64,000 nt of DNA. It comes from a virus. Lineage: Duplodnaviria > Caudoviricetes. Shown here one piece after another: positions 46,301 to 57,200 of the stretch. A program made the translations under genes and the position numbers. The notes below the pieces were generated by a model. It made no database searches. It was given only the letters and a program-made list of their open reading frames with translations, and was not told the DNA's origin. Within the stretch, counting starts at the first letter, position 1. Each line of letters starts with the position of its first letter. The stretch is from IMG/VR virus record IMGVR_UViG_3300048881_000698, positions 64,001 to 128,000 of that record. One strand, written 5' to 3'.

Positions 46301-46887
46301 AAGAGGTTCAGGGCGACCAATTCGGAGCACGTAGACCCGACGGCACCGCCTTGGCAAAGTTGTACCGTTTTGTAGTGTAGATGTTGGGGCACGCCAAATA
46401 TTTCCTTTTGTGGAAGAAATAGTGCATCTGCAAGGTGGTTTCCCTCGTAGCCGCCCCACGTGCTCCAGTGGTCCGCCCACATGTTTGTCTGGCTGGACAT
46501 ATATCTAATGTAGTCAGAGCCCTGCGACGACTCGAGTGTATTGACCCAATATTGACCTAATATATATCTAATAGGATCCATGAAAACGCTGTAGGTGGAA
46601 GGAAATGGAGGATTTCCAGGATTCTCAGATTTCCATGTAGGTGTATCATATTTTAAAGATTCTCCCCAGGACTTTAAATGTTCCCATCCTTCAGAATTAT
46701 TAGGAATAAATAAACCGCCGCCGCCGAGAGCATATGCCCAGTTGTTTGCAACCATAATATTGCCGTTGCCAACATTATTATAGGTGCACGCCGGCGACGG
46801 GTGAGTGTGATCATGAGGAATCCAATCTTCGATAATCGGAATATTATTTGCCCACCATATAATTATTGGGTCATGTTGACCTGCCAT
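43378..46887 (-). CDS. Large hypothetical virion protein, 1169 aa, with FN3-like C-terminal region
   Basis: VDTQVGYGRKITYKL and NVRPNKKYYYTFRAKDIHENISNPS FN3-type motifs. Confidence 0.55.
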   Translation of the reverse strand: MAGQHDPIIIWWANNIPIIEDWIPHDHTHPSPACTYNNVGNGNIMVANNWAYALGGGGLFIPNNSEGWEHLKSWGESLKYDTPTWKSENPGNPPFPSTYSVFMDPIRYILGQYWVNTLESSQGSDYIRYMSSQTNMWADHWSTWGGYEGNHLADALFLPQKEIFGVPQHLHYKTVQLCQGGAVGSTCSELVALNLFSGYQSEDPRPYIVHRVRLTVFNANRTADENAEVLQTIQNRIVRDNTNPISKYKEDHVFLFPMPYSNKEYLDAPQTNALVYDVKPEYNFYNKEYEDEISVAWQHSYLFPHLELITYEMMGKDNDPKFSMKAVPEYMKSWKVQTDELKDQRRNFITLYDEIKAFEDILLSAEDAAKAPGLKAGTKIGEQDTENYFTAWTNAVKRLKNKGTFSIFQNKLGMYKNQILFPKKGEFWAWLYQRQKEFFPMQMHLNFTPIPPPSWVEPLEGYGGDVNSLLQLLLEAPPLWGDSWKVGAMPLWYAFLKLFMDGEDSYMVPTSVIPTKSGPTGTIASVKAGLGKKNLKEYDFYTFMEKLDPDSIGYSYAISDKTKGYWYLKDNNSVPSALIVSNSEDPNLFAATSIEYEDLNNTVPPAATVQALQASMETIKKKFAQLVEKKTRSYPEILSGKMACTEVLFWRVSKWDSQSTAPLQSFYYINKPDINEIKLVDTQVGYGRKITYKLHAITAVFGSDYEYQPIEREVKTNLHVYITPEEYARYKDTVLDPNHINTTYHPDGKWNMPAGYSVQPSVLIHWPDHQKFVDPHLGYPLWEGFTSAWDPFPWAKPFFESGGLDVSEVEFPFLSHDSWSVTNDFIRFLQTYTNAIQESNIIPSPFSNAMAGDRYHYFGPSTPGQKVTVLSGVRQEVTGWGPTANSEAHLEFNVISRPSVKIIEVPYGEINTVMVDSPPLPPIVRLTPYMGINDRFLFSFDAGTGKVEATPIALLPEDEQAIEKQLIAQGVDTVPPILTYEADDPPAYYEIFRINPPETESEILVNQTFQYYPPVSYDSFKNNSVYKKVLTNGAPSTTFLENVRPNKKYYYTFRAKDIHENISNPSSMYEIQLVDDGGAVYLLVEVYRPEMPARTNMKSVRRYFSVIPTLEQTMINKAPGSGNKAGNYSLSLAEESIFDDRKIFKVRLISKQTGKKIDFNINFNNTQHK

Positions 46888-49800
46888 CAGTAATCCCCCT
46901 CTGTCACTCTATAGTTTGTTATTGCATTGTCTGGAGGGGGTGGAGCGTCGGCCGAAGTTTCAGAAGCCCGAAAAGGAGGAGTCGGGGCTTGAGCAGCGCC
47001 TGCCTCGTCGGCCGTAGCAGGAGATTCTTGTTTAGCAGGGGTGCCTTGAGGAGGTAATTTTACTCTTTCTTTATTAGGTGGGGCGGTCCCATCTGCAGAA
47101 TGTTTGCCGGCATATTCTTTTGATGTGTCAATGTTAGCAGGGTTAACTCCGTCAGCTCCAGAATATCTGGATCGTGATTGATCGAGAGAACGCTGCAACT
47201 GCGGTGGTTCTGATATTGCTCCAGATCTTGCTCCCCCTTCCAACAAAAAATATTCATTATAAATTGGAGTTCTCATTTCTTGAGTATTCGAAATGCCAGA
47301 ATAATTTCTAGCATATTTGACAAGTGACACAATTCGCATTTCGCCGGTTGGAATTGAATTTAAATCTGACTGAGTGAGTCTTTTTAAATTTGGCGCGTTC
47401 ACAGAATTGTTTTCGAAACCTGTCAACATCTGAACTTCTACAAGATTCATAAAATTTTCATAATACCATGCCTGGTGCATTCTTGAACTTTCCCCTAATC
47501 GACAAAAATCAAGATTTAAAGCAACTTGAGCAACTTCTCTATTAGTTGCAATTGAAGTTAAAGCTTTTAGGTGGTTGGGCAATTCTTGAAAAGTTTGTCT
47601 TGTTCTGAATTTTGTTAATATATTGTATTTATTGTTATAATTGAATATAGTCTGGCTAAGCAGTTTTTCAAACCATTCGGCATTGTTCTCAGACATAAGC
47701 ATGCTTAATAACATAAATAATGAAGAGGTATTTGTTGCCGTACGGACTGTGTTGATCCAGGAGTTCTCCCATTCGGAAAACTCCGACGGAGTTGGAGGCG
47801 TATCACCTTTGCCTTCAGGTTCAAGCGAAGCCAACAGCTCCGGGTGGCCGAGCCGGTGCTCTACACTATCCATATGGGTATCGTAGGACAAGAAGTCGGA
47901 ATCTTCCATGGACCAACTGTGGTCAGAATCTTCCATTCTAAGGCCAAATCCACAGTTCGAAGTTGCGTACAATTCAGAAAGCATGTCGTGGAGATTGTCA
48001 CTATGTTTGACGGCTTCGGACATGCCGGGTGCTATATTTTCACTTAAGATCTTAACAAAGTTGATATTATATTTTTCAATGTCGTAGAAGCCTGGATTTG
48101 TCGGATCAAAAGAAAAATACTCATCACCCATTTTCAATGTCAAGGGGGATAAGTATGTAGTTTTAGCGTTCGTCAAATTAGCAGATACCTTCGTCCCTCT
48201 AGGACTCAGAGGTGTTACGCTACGGCCGGCAATGTCTACAGGACCAGTGATGCCTACAAGATCGCCTTCAGTGCCTTGAAGGTGGATATGAGGGCTCCTA
48301 GAAGAACTGGCGCATTCCGAATGAATTGGAACCTCTTCTATTCCTGCTTTAAATATTTTATTATGTTGATTTCGGATAAGAGCCTCGTAATCTTGTGTAG
48401 AAATACTAGAAAGGCCTGTTGGCGAAAGAGGCTCACCAATAGGCAAATATCCATACCCATTGCCTCTAGAATGTTCTGGATCATATTCATTATCGAATAT
48501 GTATGATAACATAGTATAGTTAAGATTTACAACGCTAGAAGAGGTACCGGTACGAGTCTCAGTGGCTGCAGCTGAATTTTTACTTCTGTTGGGCTGCGCT
48601 ATCATTCTTTGCAGACCAGCTAGAACCTTTGTCATAATCTGCCTTACTTTGTAAATGTTTTCTTTGGTGCCCCATTGCGGGTGGACAAGGCGCAATATTC
48701 TTTCTGCGTAATCGTAAACACTTATTGATCTTGTAGAAATCTGTGAATATATGTGTACAAAAGCAGAAATTATTGCAAAAAGTTTATCGGGGGTGAAACC
48801 GCGGGTAGCAGCATATGATAGAAAATCGCTAGAAAAAGTAGAAGTGTCGGCATTCCAGTAGGGTTTCCTTGTTCGAGCATTAACTGCCCTCGCAGCAGTC
48901 ATATAATTATCAAATATTCCCAATAGGCGTGGGATGGCTATAGTTACCCGCTGCAGAAAAGCCGTAGTTAAGTCTTCAACTTGCAGTGACGCGGCATATT
49001 CATACTTTCCAGAAAGTGAATTAACCTTCACGTCTGTCCCTGTAAAGAATCTTAAACTTTCATTAGACTGAAATATTTTTATTTCTTTTAAAGAACCTAT
49101 TACATCCCCCACGACCCCTTCTCGGTCAGGTTCTCTAAGAAATTGTTCAGATAACTCATAATTTGGCACGGCGTCGCCGGCGTTTGTTTCTTCCTCATTT
49201 TTAATCCGAGCAATTTTTTTGGGGCGGAATTCGCTTCGTTGATTGGGGTTTGAAGAAACTCTTCTTCTAATCACTGATATTTCTCTTATCCTGGCCAATT
49301 GGTTAAGCCCTATGATCCTTGAATTATCTAACAATCCAGGATAACGTACGACTTTACTTATTATTTCATGAAAATTGATTGCAAACGCAAATCGATTAGT
49401 TTGTCTTAAGTCATCCACTCTTGTAAGGGCGAGACCACTAAAAATACCCGCGGGTTGACGGATACGCGCGCGGTGTTTATTTTCGCCAAAATCAATTATT
49501 TCTGCAATAAAATCATTAAGAAATGTAGTATCTTGAATGGTTATATTGGGAACGGTGACGATGTTTAATGGTTCTCCGTCCCCGTATGGCGTCTCTGCTC
49601 CGGAAGCGTCAGGCAAATAACTTGGAGTTTCTGTGAAAACTTCTCCGTTTTGTTTATAGAAGACCACACCATTGGCAACGGTGGTACCATTCTCAATCAC
49701 TGCTTCTATAGTAGGGGTACCCCAGCTGGTGTCAGCGGCTTGTTCAGCCGTGGCGCATGGAAAAAATATATAGCTAAGGTGGTTTAGGGTCTCTTGTTCA

Positions 49801-50192
49801 TATTCAAACGGCTGAGTTAAACTATTCCAACATATTTCTAACGGGCCCGATGAGTTTGTTTCGTTCATCTGCAGGACTTTGGCTTTATACTCAGCGTGTT
49901 GCTTAGTTTTTATGTAGTAACTGCGATGTGTAATAAACTCCCTGTTTGTCTTGGAGTATATTATATCTTGAAGCGTGGACGTTAAAATATTCTTAGGTAG
50001 TTTTTTAAGTTGTTCTGCTATATCTTGACTAGTACATTGTACGACATGCACTGTGTACGGTGAGATCCAGTGCATGCCTGCAACTTGTGGATTGTCTATT
50101 ACAGCACAAAAATTGATATCAACTGATACCATAGTATCATTAAGACCGCTATCAAGTGTTATCCTTTTAACTTTTATTGAAGGTATCGTCAT
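46887..50192 (-). CDS. Large hypothetical virion protein (about 1100 aa)
   Basis: Long ORF; start moved to the ATG at 50192, which overlaps the upstream TAA. Confidence 0.65.
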   Translation of the reverse strand: MTIPSIKVKRITLDSGLNDTMVSVDINFCAVIDNPQVAGMHWISPYTVHVVQCTSQDIAEQLKKLPKNILTSTLQDIIYSKTNREFITHRSYYIKTKQHAEYKAKVLQMNETNSSGPLEICWNSLTQPFEYEQETLNHLSYIFFPCATAEQAADTSWGTPTIEAVIENGTTVANGVVFYKQNGEVFTETPSYLPDASGAETPYGDGEPLNIVTVPNITIQDTTFLNDFIAEIIDFGENKHRARIRQPAGIFSGLALTRVDDLRQTNRFAFAINFHEIISKVVRYPGLLDNSRIIGLNQLARIREISVIRRRVSSNPNQRSEFRPKKIARIKNEEETNAGDAVPNYELSEQFLREPDREGVVGDVIGSLKEIKIFQSNESLRFFTGTDVKVNSLSGKYEYAASLQVEDLTTAFLQRVTIAIPRLLGIFDNYMTAARAVNARTRKPYWNADTSTFSSDFLSYAATRGFTPDKLFAIISAFVHIYSQISTRSISVYDYAERILRLVHPQWGTKENIYKVRQIMTKVLAGLQRMIAQPNRSKNSAAATETRTGTSSSVVNLNYTMLSYIFDNEYDPEHSRGNGYGYLPIGEPLSPTGLSSISTQDYEALIRNQHNKIFKAGIEEVPIHSECASSSRSPHIHLQGTEGDLVGITGPVDIAGRSVTPLSPRGTKVSANLTNAKTTYLSPLTLKMGDEYFSFDPTNPGFYDIEKYNINFVKILSENIAPGMSEAVKHSDNLHDMLSELYATSNCGFGLRMEDSDHSWSMEDSDFLSYDTHMDSVEHRLGHPELLASLEPEGKGDTPPTPSEFSEWENSWINTVRTATNTSSLFMLLSMLMSENNAEWFEKLLSQTIFNYNNKYNILTKFRTRQTFQELPNHLKALTSIATNREVAQVALNLDFCRLGESSRMHQAWYYENFMNLVEVQMLTGFENNSVNAPNLKRLTQSDLNSIPTGEMRIVSLVKYARNYSGISNTQEMRTPIYNEYFLLEGGARSGAISEPPQLQRSLDQSRSRYSGADGVNPANIDTSKEYAGKHSADGTAPPNKERVKLPPQGTPAKQESPATADEAGAAQAPTPPFRASETSADAPPPPDNAITNYRVTEGDY

Positions 50193-51232
50193 TAACAAGG
50201 TTCTCCGATATCTTCTAGCTTCTTCTTGTATAAGTCTCTTGTACTGTCTGCGTCTGGGCAATCTATTATTCGTACCCCATCAGCTATGAGATTTTTCTTA
50301 TTAACTTCTGTAAGGTTTGCTGCACAAAAATATCTTGATGGTATATCTTCGTCTGCATTTATATCAAAATAGTATTCAACATGATTAGGTGTTGTTTCGA
50401 AGTCTATTTCTGGATCGTAAAAATACAATTGTTGTTGTATCTTTATTTCTCGCCCATTTGAATCTTCTTCTTTTCTGATTATGAAAACTTCAACATCAAA
50501 ATTCTCTTTCCAAAAATCAGCATTATGTTCCAAAACTTCTAAAAGCAGAAAATCTGGTTTTGTCTGTATGACGTTTTTCGGATTTGGTTCACTGTCTTCC
50601 TCTCTATCCAAAATAATACCTAATTCTCTTGGTTCTTCTTCCTCCAATATTAAATTCTTTAAATTGTCAGGTATATAATTTTTGATCAATTCCCCGCTTT
50701 CGTTGGTTTTAGTTAAGTAAGTTTTATAATCAACAACAGAAGACAACTGCGGGACTTGAAAATGCGCTAAACCAGAGCCGGACACATACCCAATAGAACT
50801 TGAGACATTTCCATAAAAATAGTTTACTTCCCATGATGGAGCGTAATTAGAGGCCAAAGAAGATTGCCCTAAAGGTGCGCCTATTGCATATTCGTTTTGT
50901 ACTTGTGGGTAAAGCTCAAACGTTCCCGGGCCGAATAAATTTATTGGATTTCCGTCTTCATCTACTGCGCCCTCGGCTGGTGTCGACTTAGATATGTTTT
51001 CTTCTATTCCAGCAAAAACATATTGTGTATGTGGTCTTGGTGTTTTATTTTTGATTCTACCCTCAGTCGCATTTTGAATTTCGTTAAAACCAGCGTAACC
51101 CGAATCATACAGAACATCATCATCAAAAAAAGCGTAAAAAGTTGGTTTCAGCTTGTTGCGCGCTAGTAAACTTTTACCATATTGGGTTAATTCAATATCG
51201 ATAACTTCTTCTTTTGTGTCAAAAAAGGTCAT
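50192..51232 (-). CDS. Virion structural protein (N-terminus paralogous to 42283-43284)
   Basis: MTFFDTKEEVIDIELTQYGKSLLAR...YAFFDDDVLYD. Confidence 0.6.
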   Translation of the reverse strand: MTFFDTKEEVIDIELTQYGKSLLARNKLKPTFYAFFDDDVLYDSGYAGFNEIQNATEGRIKNKTPRPHTQYVFAGIEENISKSTPAEGAVDEDGNPINLFGPGTFELYPQVQNEYAIGAPLGQSSLASNYAPSWEVNYFYGNVSSSIGYVSGSGLAHFQVPQLSSVVDYKTYLTKTNESGELIKNYIPDNLKNLILEEEEPRELGIILDREEDSEPNPKNVIQTKPDFLLLEVLEHNADFWKENFDVEVFIIRKEEDSNGREIKIQQQLYFYDPEIDFETTPNHVEYYFDINADEDIPSRYFCAANLTEVNKKNLIADGVRIIDCPDADSTRDLYKKKLEDIGEPC

Positions 51233-54200
51233 TGGGGATATCCTCCGCCGTTACTACCAGGGACACCAGGGCCGAATGGCGAGGCGCCGAATTCCGGGAG
51301 ATTGATGAGGGGGGTTTGCCCGGGGAGGGAATCTGATGTTGGTAAGGTAGGCTGTTGTGGCATATTAAAAAGTTCTCCGTCTCCCGTAAGTGCTATGGGT
51401 TTACTCTTCAAAGATAATGATTTTGCAGGATCAAATTCAAATTCAGCTTTAATATCAGCCAATTCAACTAACGAAAAGAAATCATAAGGCCAATTATAAT
51501 TATAATCTGGTTTCTTTTTTGAACCGCCAAGTTTAAACTCAAACGCAAAACGACTATCATCCTCTGAATCGGCGGTTACATTATAATAACTCATCTCAGC
51601 TCTTTTCTTGATTTTAAATACCATCCATTGGATATCTTTTGGTATTTTAAATCCTCCAAAAAACTCGTTTGAATCTAGATTGTGACCAACTACCACTTCT
51701 TGTTCTATTGCACTTCTTGCTATTTTGGGCATTAAATTTTGCCAAATATGGGACAGATCTTCTTTATCAAGTTCATGAGTAAATTCAAACACATAAATTA
51801 CAAACGGATTTATCGTTGAATTTTGTCTCATAAAATCCATATGCGGCGGTAAATAATAATTTTTAAGCTTAGCAACCATTTCTTTAATAGATTTACCAGG
51901 AAGCAACATATCTTTGCCAAGTTCTTGTTTTTTTGTTCCCATAGCTATGTCAAAAAGTACTTTATCAATAGTAAAAAAGTGTCTTTTGCTATTTTTTATG
52001 ACAAAAGGTACCGCAACAATGGCTTCAGAAATTAGCTTTTTATCAGCTAATTCGCCAATTCTTTCCTTCTCTGGTTTAAATCCACAAACTTTAAGCAATG
52101 AACGCGTGGCTGTCCCGGGGACGATGCCGCCGGCGTTAACAGAATCTGTTATTGCGGCCTCATCAAGCTTATCTGGAAAGCTCTCCCTCAGTGAAAGCCA
52201 AAGACCAGAATTAACAGAAGGAATTTCACCATAACCTCCCCACATCGCCCTTGTCCCGATTGAAGCTGTGATTCCATTCACCCATTGATCAGTAGTTAAC
52301 AAGCCCTGATCTGCTCTTTGCTCGACTAAGCTTTTAGCACTACTGCCTGAAAAATTCAAAGTCGGACATTCAAACTTAGGGCTAATCGTCCATACATCAA
52401 ATGCTGGATCTCCGGTGTCAGTTGCTTTAGTGGGTTTAAAACTCTCACCCCCACCATTTGAATCGGTTTCATATTCTATAGTTTTCAATCTAGTTTTACC
52501 AAACAAATTCATAGATGAAGAAAGTCTCATGCGATAGCGGCCGGCGGGGTAAAGATCTCTTTGTGCCGCATCCAAAAGTTTAGAAATGTACCGGCCGGAG
52601 CCGCACAAGCGACCATTATTGGCATTGGAGTTTCCTCCAAAAAGTTTACCAGAGCTAAGCTGATCTGTATCAACTATATTGCTGCCAACAGTCTGTATGA
52701 ATTCGATTTCATTTCCATGTTCGTTGGTATACCAGGCAGATATACTGATTTTAGGAGACGTGCCAGTAAGAGCAGTTATGCCAAGAATACCCCAATCCTC
52801 ACCAGACGTAACTCCGGCGCCATATTTCGCTACGGACGAATCATCGGTACCATTTATTGCTAAAATTAAACGGTCTCGTGGTTCAGTACCACTGCCTGCG
52901 CCATGGTACCAAATCTCGTTGGTGTCAGGAGTCCCAGAAGTGGTATTTTTCATAATAACTGTGACGGTGGTGCCCGTTCCGCCGGCTTTCATCGGAACGT
53001 TGACTGTAAATGCGTCCGCGTAGGCGGCGCTGCTTACGTCGAGGACATCGATTGCTGAAGGATATAAGCCTACTACAGGAATACCTGGTTTATTTTCGAG
53101 ATCATCTGTTGAGTGGCCGCTTCCGGTGAAAGTGGTCTCCACCATGGCACTAGCTACAATTTCATCAAGAGAGAAAGTTCTTACTTCACCTGGTGACATA
53201 ATGCTAGCAGAATGTGGAGAAAATGTAATTCTAGCAATTGCGTCTTGGTAAAAATGTGGGGGAGTGAATGGCGCAAAAGCAGGATCGCTGAAGTTTGCAG
53301 AGGCATCATATTTCGCGGAGGTTCCATCATTATTTCCATCAGGGAAAAAACGTGCGCGAGAATTAGACGTCGAATCAGGTGTCACTTGACATGGAGGGCC
53401 ATAAAGACAGCCTCTAATGTCCCATAGTATGGGCTTATTATCTGCTTGTAGCATCTGAATTCTTCTTGGCCCCTCTGACATGACAAAGTCATGAGTTTGT
53501 TTGAGGACAACATCCATATAATATATTGAACCGGATTCCATAGCCTTGAATTTACTTTGTGGGGCTGAAGCAAACGTTTTAAAGCTTTCATCCTTTAGGA
53601 AAAATCTCGGAATTTCCCCCAAAAAGTTTTGCATAGCTAGTGCATATTTATGATCATTTATACCGTGATAATCCCACCATGGGCCTCTTGGGATCGAACC
53701 AGACCTGTTCCACGCATAGAACATTGTTTTTGCCCCATCAGATTGAGACAAAGGAAGATGCCTATGGGGTTCAACTAATGCCTCGAAGGGCATTCTCCAA
53801 TTAAATAATTTTCCGTCTGCAGCAGTACCGGACAAATAGCTAGCATTGTACCCTGGGTATCCGGCAGCGGCAGGTTGGGTGCCAAGGTGAGAAGATGTTA
53901 CCATGGGCCAGTCAACAGCTACGCCACTTTTAACTGTGTTATACAAGATACCAGGAGCAAAAAATGGCTGCATCATTGCTGCTATTTGTCCACCATGGGA
54001 CGTCCCTGTTGTTCCGTGCGGAGTGTCTGCGGTTGAAAGAAGTGCGGCGTGAGAACCACTGATATAAGGAGCGAAAGAGCTAGAAAACATACTTCCAAGT
54101 TGTACGCTTCTAAGAACAGGATAAAATCCTTGATATGGGAGAAGCTTCTTAATCCCATGACATTTCAAAGTTATTTTTGTGAGTCCAGTGAGATTTTCAT

Positions 54201-57200
54201 GATCATCAGAGATCTTTCCGTAATATTTCATAAAATCAGAATGAGAATACACTTTGAAAAAATCATCTTTATAATCACTTTTTTCAGAATCAGCACTAGC
54301 AGATAATTCTGGATATGCACCCTCTAAAGTTAAAAACTTATTGTTAACAACAAACCCATTATCAATATAATAGCTCATGTTTTCAGAGATTCTAAATTCT
54401 GGTATGATTGTGTGATCTTTTGCCATGCATCTAATTTCTTGAGCATAATCTTCATATGAATTATACCATGGTTTAATTCCTGAAAGTTCATCTGTTCTAT
54501 AAAAATCATGAAGTGCTGCGTCCCATGGTCTGTACCAAACAAGCCTAGTGCTTAAGGTATAATATTGACTACTAAGACCTCCCGGATAACAGTATTGTTG
54601 CGAAGCTGTGGCCGCGGCGACCATCGGTGTGGCGGTGGTACCTAATCGAAAACCCTCAATAGAAGCATAAATCGATGGCGCATGTAATGCCATGAGTTCT
54701 CCTGCAAGATATGTGGCTTCATTAAACTTTTCTTTACCATTAAGACGAGGACTGGAGCCTCCATCCAAGGGCCAAATACTAAGAGATGGTAACATATAAG
54801 CAAAAGTAGAATCATGATCAGGAGTGCCCTCGCCTGCATGAGGCCAAGTGCCGCCCGGGGCTGGAGAGGAGCGCATATCCTGAATAAAGCCTAGTGAATT
54901 TGTTACTGATTGTTGTGATCCGCCGCGGCGAGCCGTTGGGGCATCTTTCCAGAAAGTTCTTTGAAACCCAATTTTTTTATTTGTCCAAATTCCCTTTTCG
55001 CGTTGCGAAGAAGAAACTTCCGTATAATCTCCGCGTTGGCGTGTTTTAGCTAAATACGTAAATTTTTCTTTTGGGTATATTTTTTCTCTATAAGTTAATT
55101 TAATTAATCCTGTTTCTTTATTTTTAATTGATTTGGTTAATTTATCATATACTACTTTGTTCTTGCCAGGTTTAACTATCTGTAGGTTTTCATTTAATTT
55201 TTCATAAGGTGTATAACTTAAAAGATTTCCATAAGAATGCTTAAGTACCATAGTGTTAACTTGGCCATTTTCATCAACACCAGCAACTGTGTGAACCATG
55301 GGCAAATATCTATTTGTTATTGGGGGGGAAATATAAGATTTTATAGCCGTTTTAAACATTGCTTTATTAAGCCTGTTCTTATCTTTTTCGGGATTAGACC
55401 AAAAAGAATTCACATAATAAGACTTATTTCTATTATCAGCATCCTTGTCTGCTTGGGTATATTTTATTTCTTCATATTCAATATATTGTATAATATTCTT
55501 ACTTCTGTTGTATCTCGCAACTGGATGGTCTCCTGCTCTAACCTGTTTCCAAGATGGGTACCCATATGGGCCTTGACGATGTAAAATGAGTGCGTTTAAA
55601 ATGGTTCCTTCGCCACCTGAGTCTGCGGTGGTGTTCGAATAAACCGGATAAATAGCCCAGCCATGGCTCGGGCTGTCGACAGTGGATTTTGCAACTGAAT
55701 TTAGATAATTAACATCACTAAAATTAGGATCATACCAGGAAACTTCCATGGAAGGGAATCCCAAAGTATTGATGCTGGCCGTATCATAATTGCGACCATC
55801 GGCTCCAAAAGAAGATGTGATGGGTTCATATATATTTAAATTCATTCCAGCAAAATCTACTGGTATCCTTTGAACAAAAGTCGATCCACCAACAGATCCT
55901 TCTCTTTCACCAGTTTGGTACCATGGTTGAGACCAATAACGTAAGTCGGAGTCGGCGCTGACAAAACTGCAAACCTCACTTCTACTAATAAACGTGAGAG
56001 CTTCGACATATGGAGTAGCTACGCTTCCTAAGTTAAGAGAAGCTTTAACTTTTCCATCGTAACCTAGTCTAGTTGATTGAACTCCTAACGGATCTCGCCT
56101 CAAAAAAGCAGAAGCTGTAATCCACGCATACTGTAAATCATTTCTTGGGATTGAATGCCGAACGTAAGCGTTATCATAAGTAGAGGCGGTGACAACAGTA
56201 TATGAAGCGCCATCATTTGTCGACGTTAACTCTAATCTTTTAAGCCGATTCCGATGAACTTTATGATATGCAGCTTTGGTCTGATAGTCATGCTCTCGCG
56301 CGCCTTTGCCGCCTCCGGTAAAGCTTACTACGGTCATGCCAGGTCCTGCTTCGGAGCCGCCCAGAGTAATATCCGTATTGCCAGCTGTTCCACCGGTGTT
56401 CTGCGTTATGGTTACAGTGGCGGAACTGTCGTTGGTTGCAGTGAGATCATCGTGGAGATTGAGAACGGTGGCTATGTGTCCGGCTTGAGTGATGTTATTA
56501 GCTGATCCGCCACTCGCAGTGTCGCCGGCAGAGAAAGTCCCGAGCAATGATTCACCGGTGGTATCAGACATGTCGTTGGTGTCTGCGTGAGCGGTGATTG
56601 TCACTGTATCTCCAGCAGTTGTGACAATTGATATGGTATCCTCGGCGTCGGGGTCAGCGAGTATTTGACCAGCGTCTGTAATCGTTATTGTTGCAGTGGC
56701 GGATGGAGAGTGAAGAGGAGAAATACCAAATTTTCCTGAATGTCTTGCAAGAAGAACATTCAAGCCAGCAAAGTCTTCCCCAACATGATTTGAAGTAGTT
56801 ACATGCTGTACAACGTGTACAGGAATATTCATTCTGTAATCATTTATTTTAAGCTTTTCTTTGCCGCCAGTAAGCTTATTGTCAGTAAGTTGATCTGTAT
56901 CAACTATATTGCTGCCAACAGTCTGTATGACTTCAATGTCGTTTCCATCGGCGGTGGCGGTAGAAGCAATAAGGGTAATCGGGTTCGTAGCCGTGCCTAC
57001 GGCGGCTGTTAAACCTTTGATACCGACGCCAACGACATTAGCGTCTGTAAGCGTGTCAGCTCCATTTCCATATTTCGCTACGGACGAATCGTCAGTACCA
57101 TTTATTGCTAAAATTAAACGGTCTCGTGGTTCAGTACTACTGCCTGCGCCATGGTACCAAATCTCGTTAGCGTCAGGAGTCCCAGAAGTGGTATTTTTCA

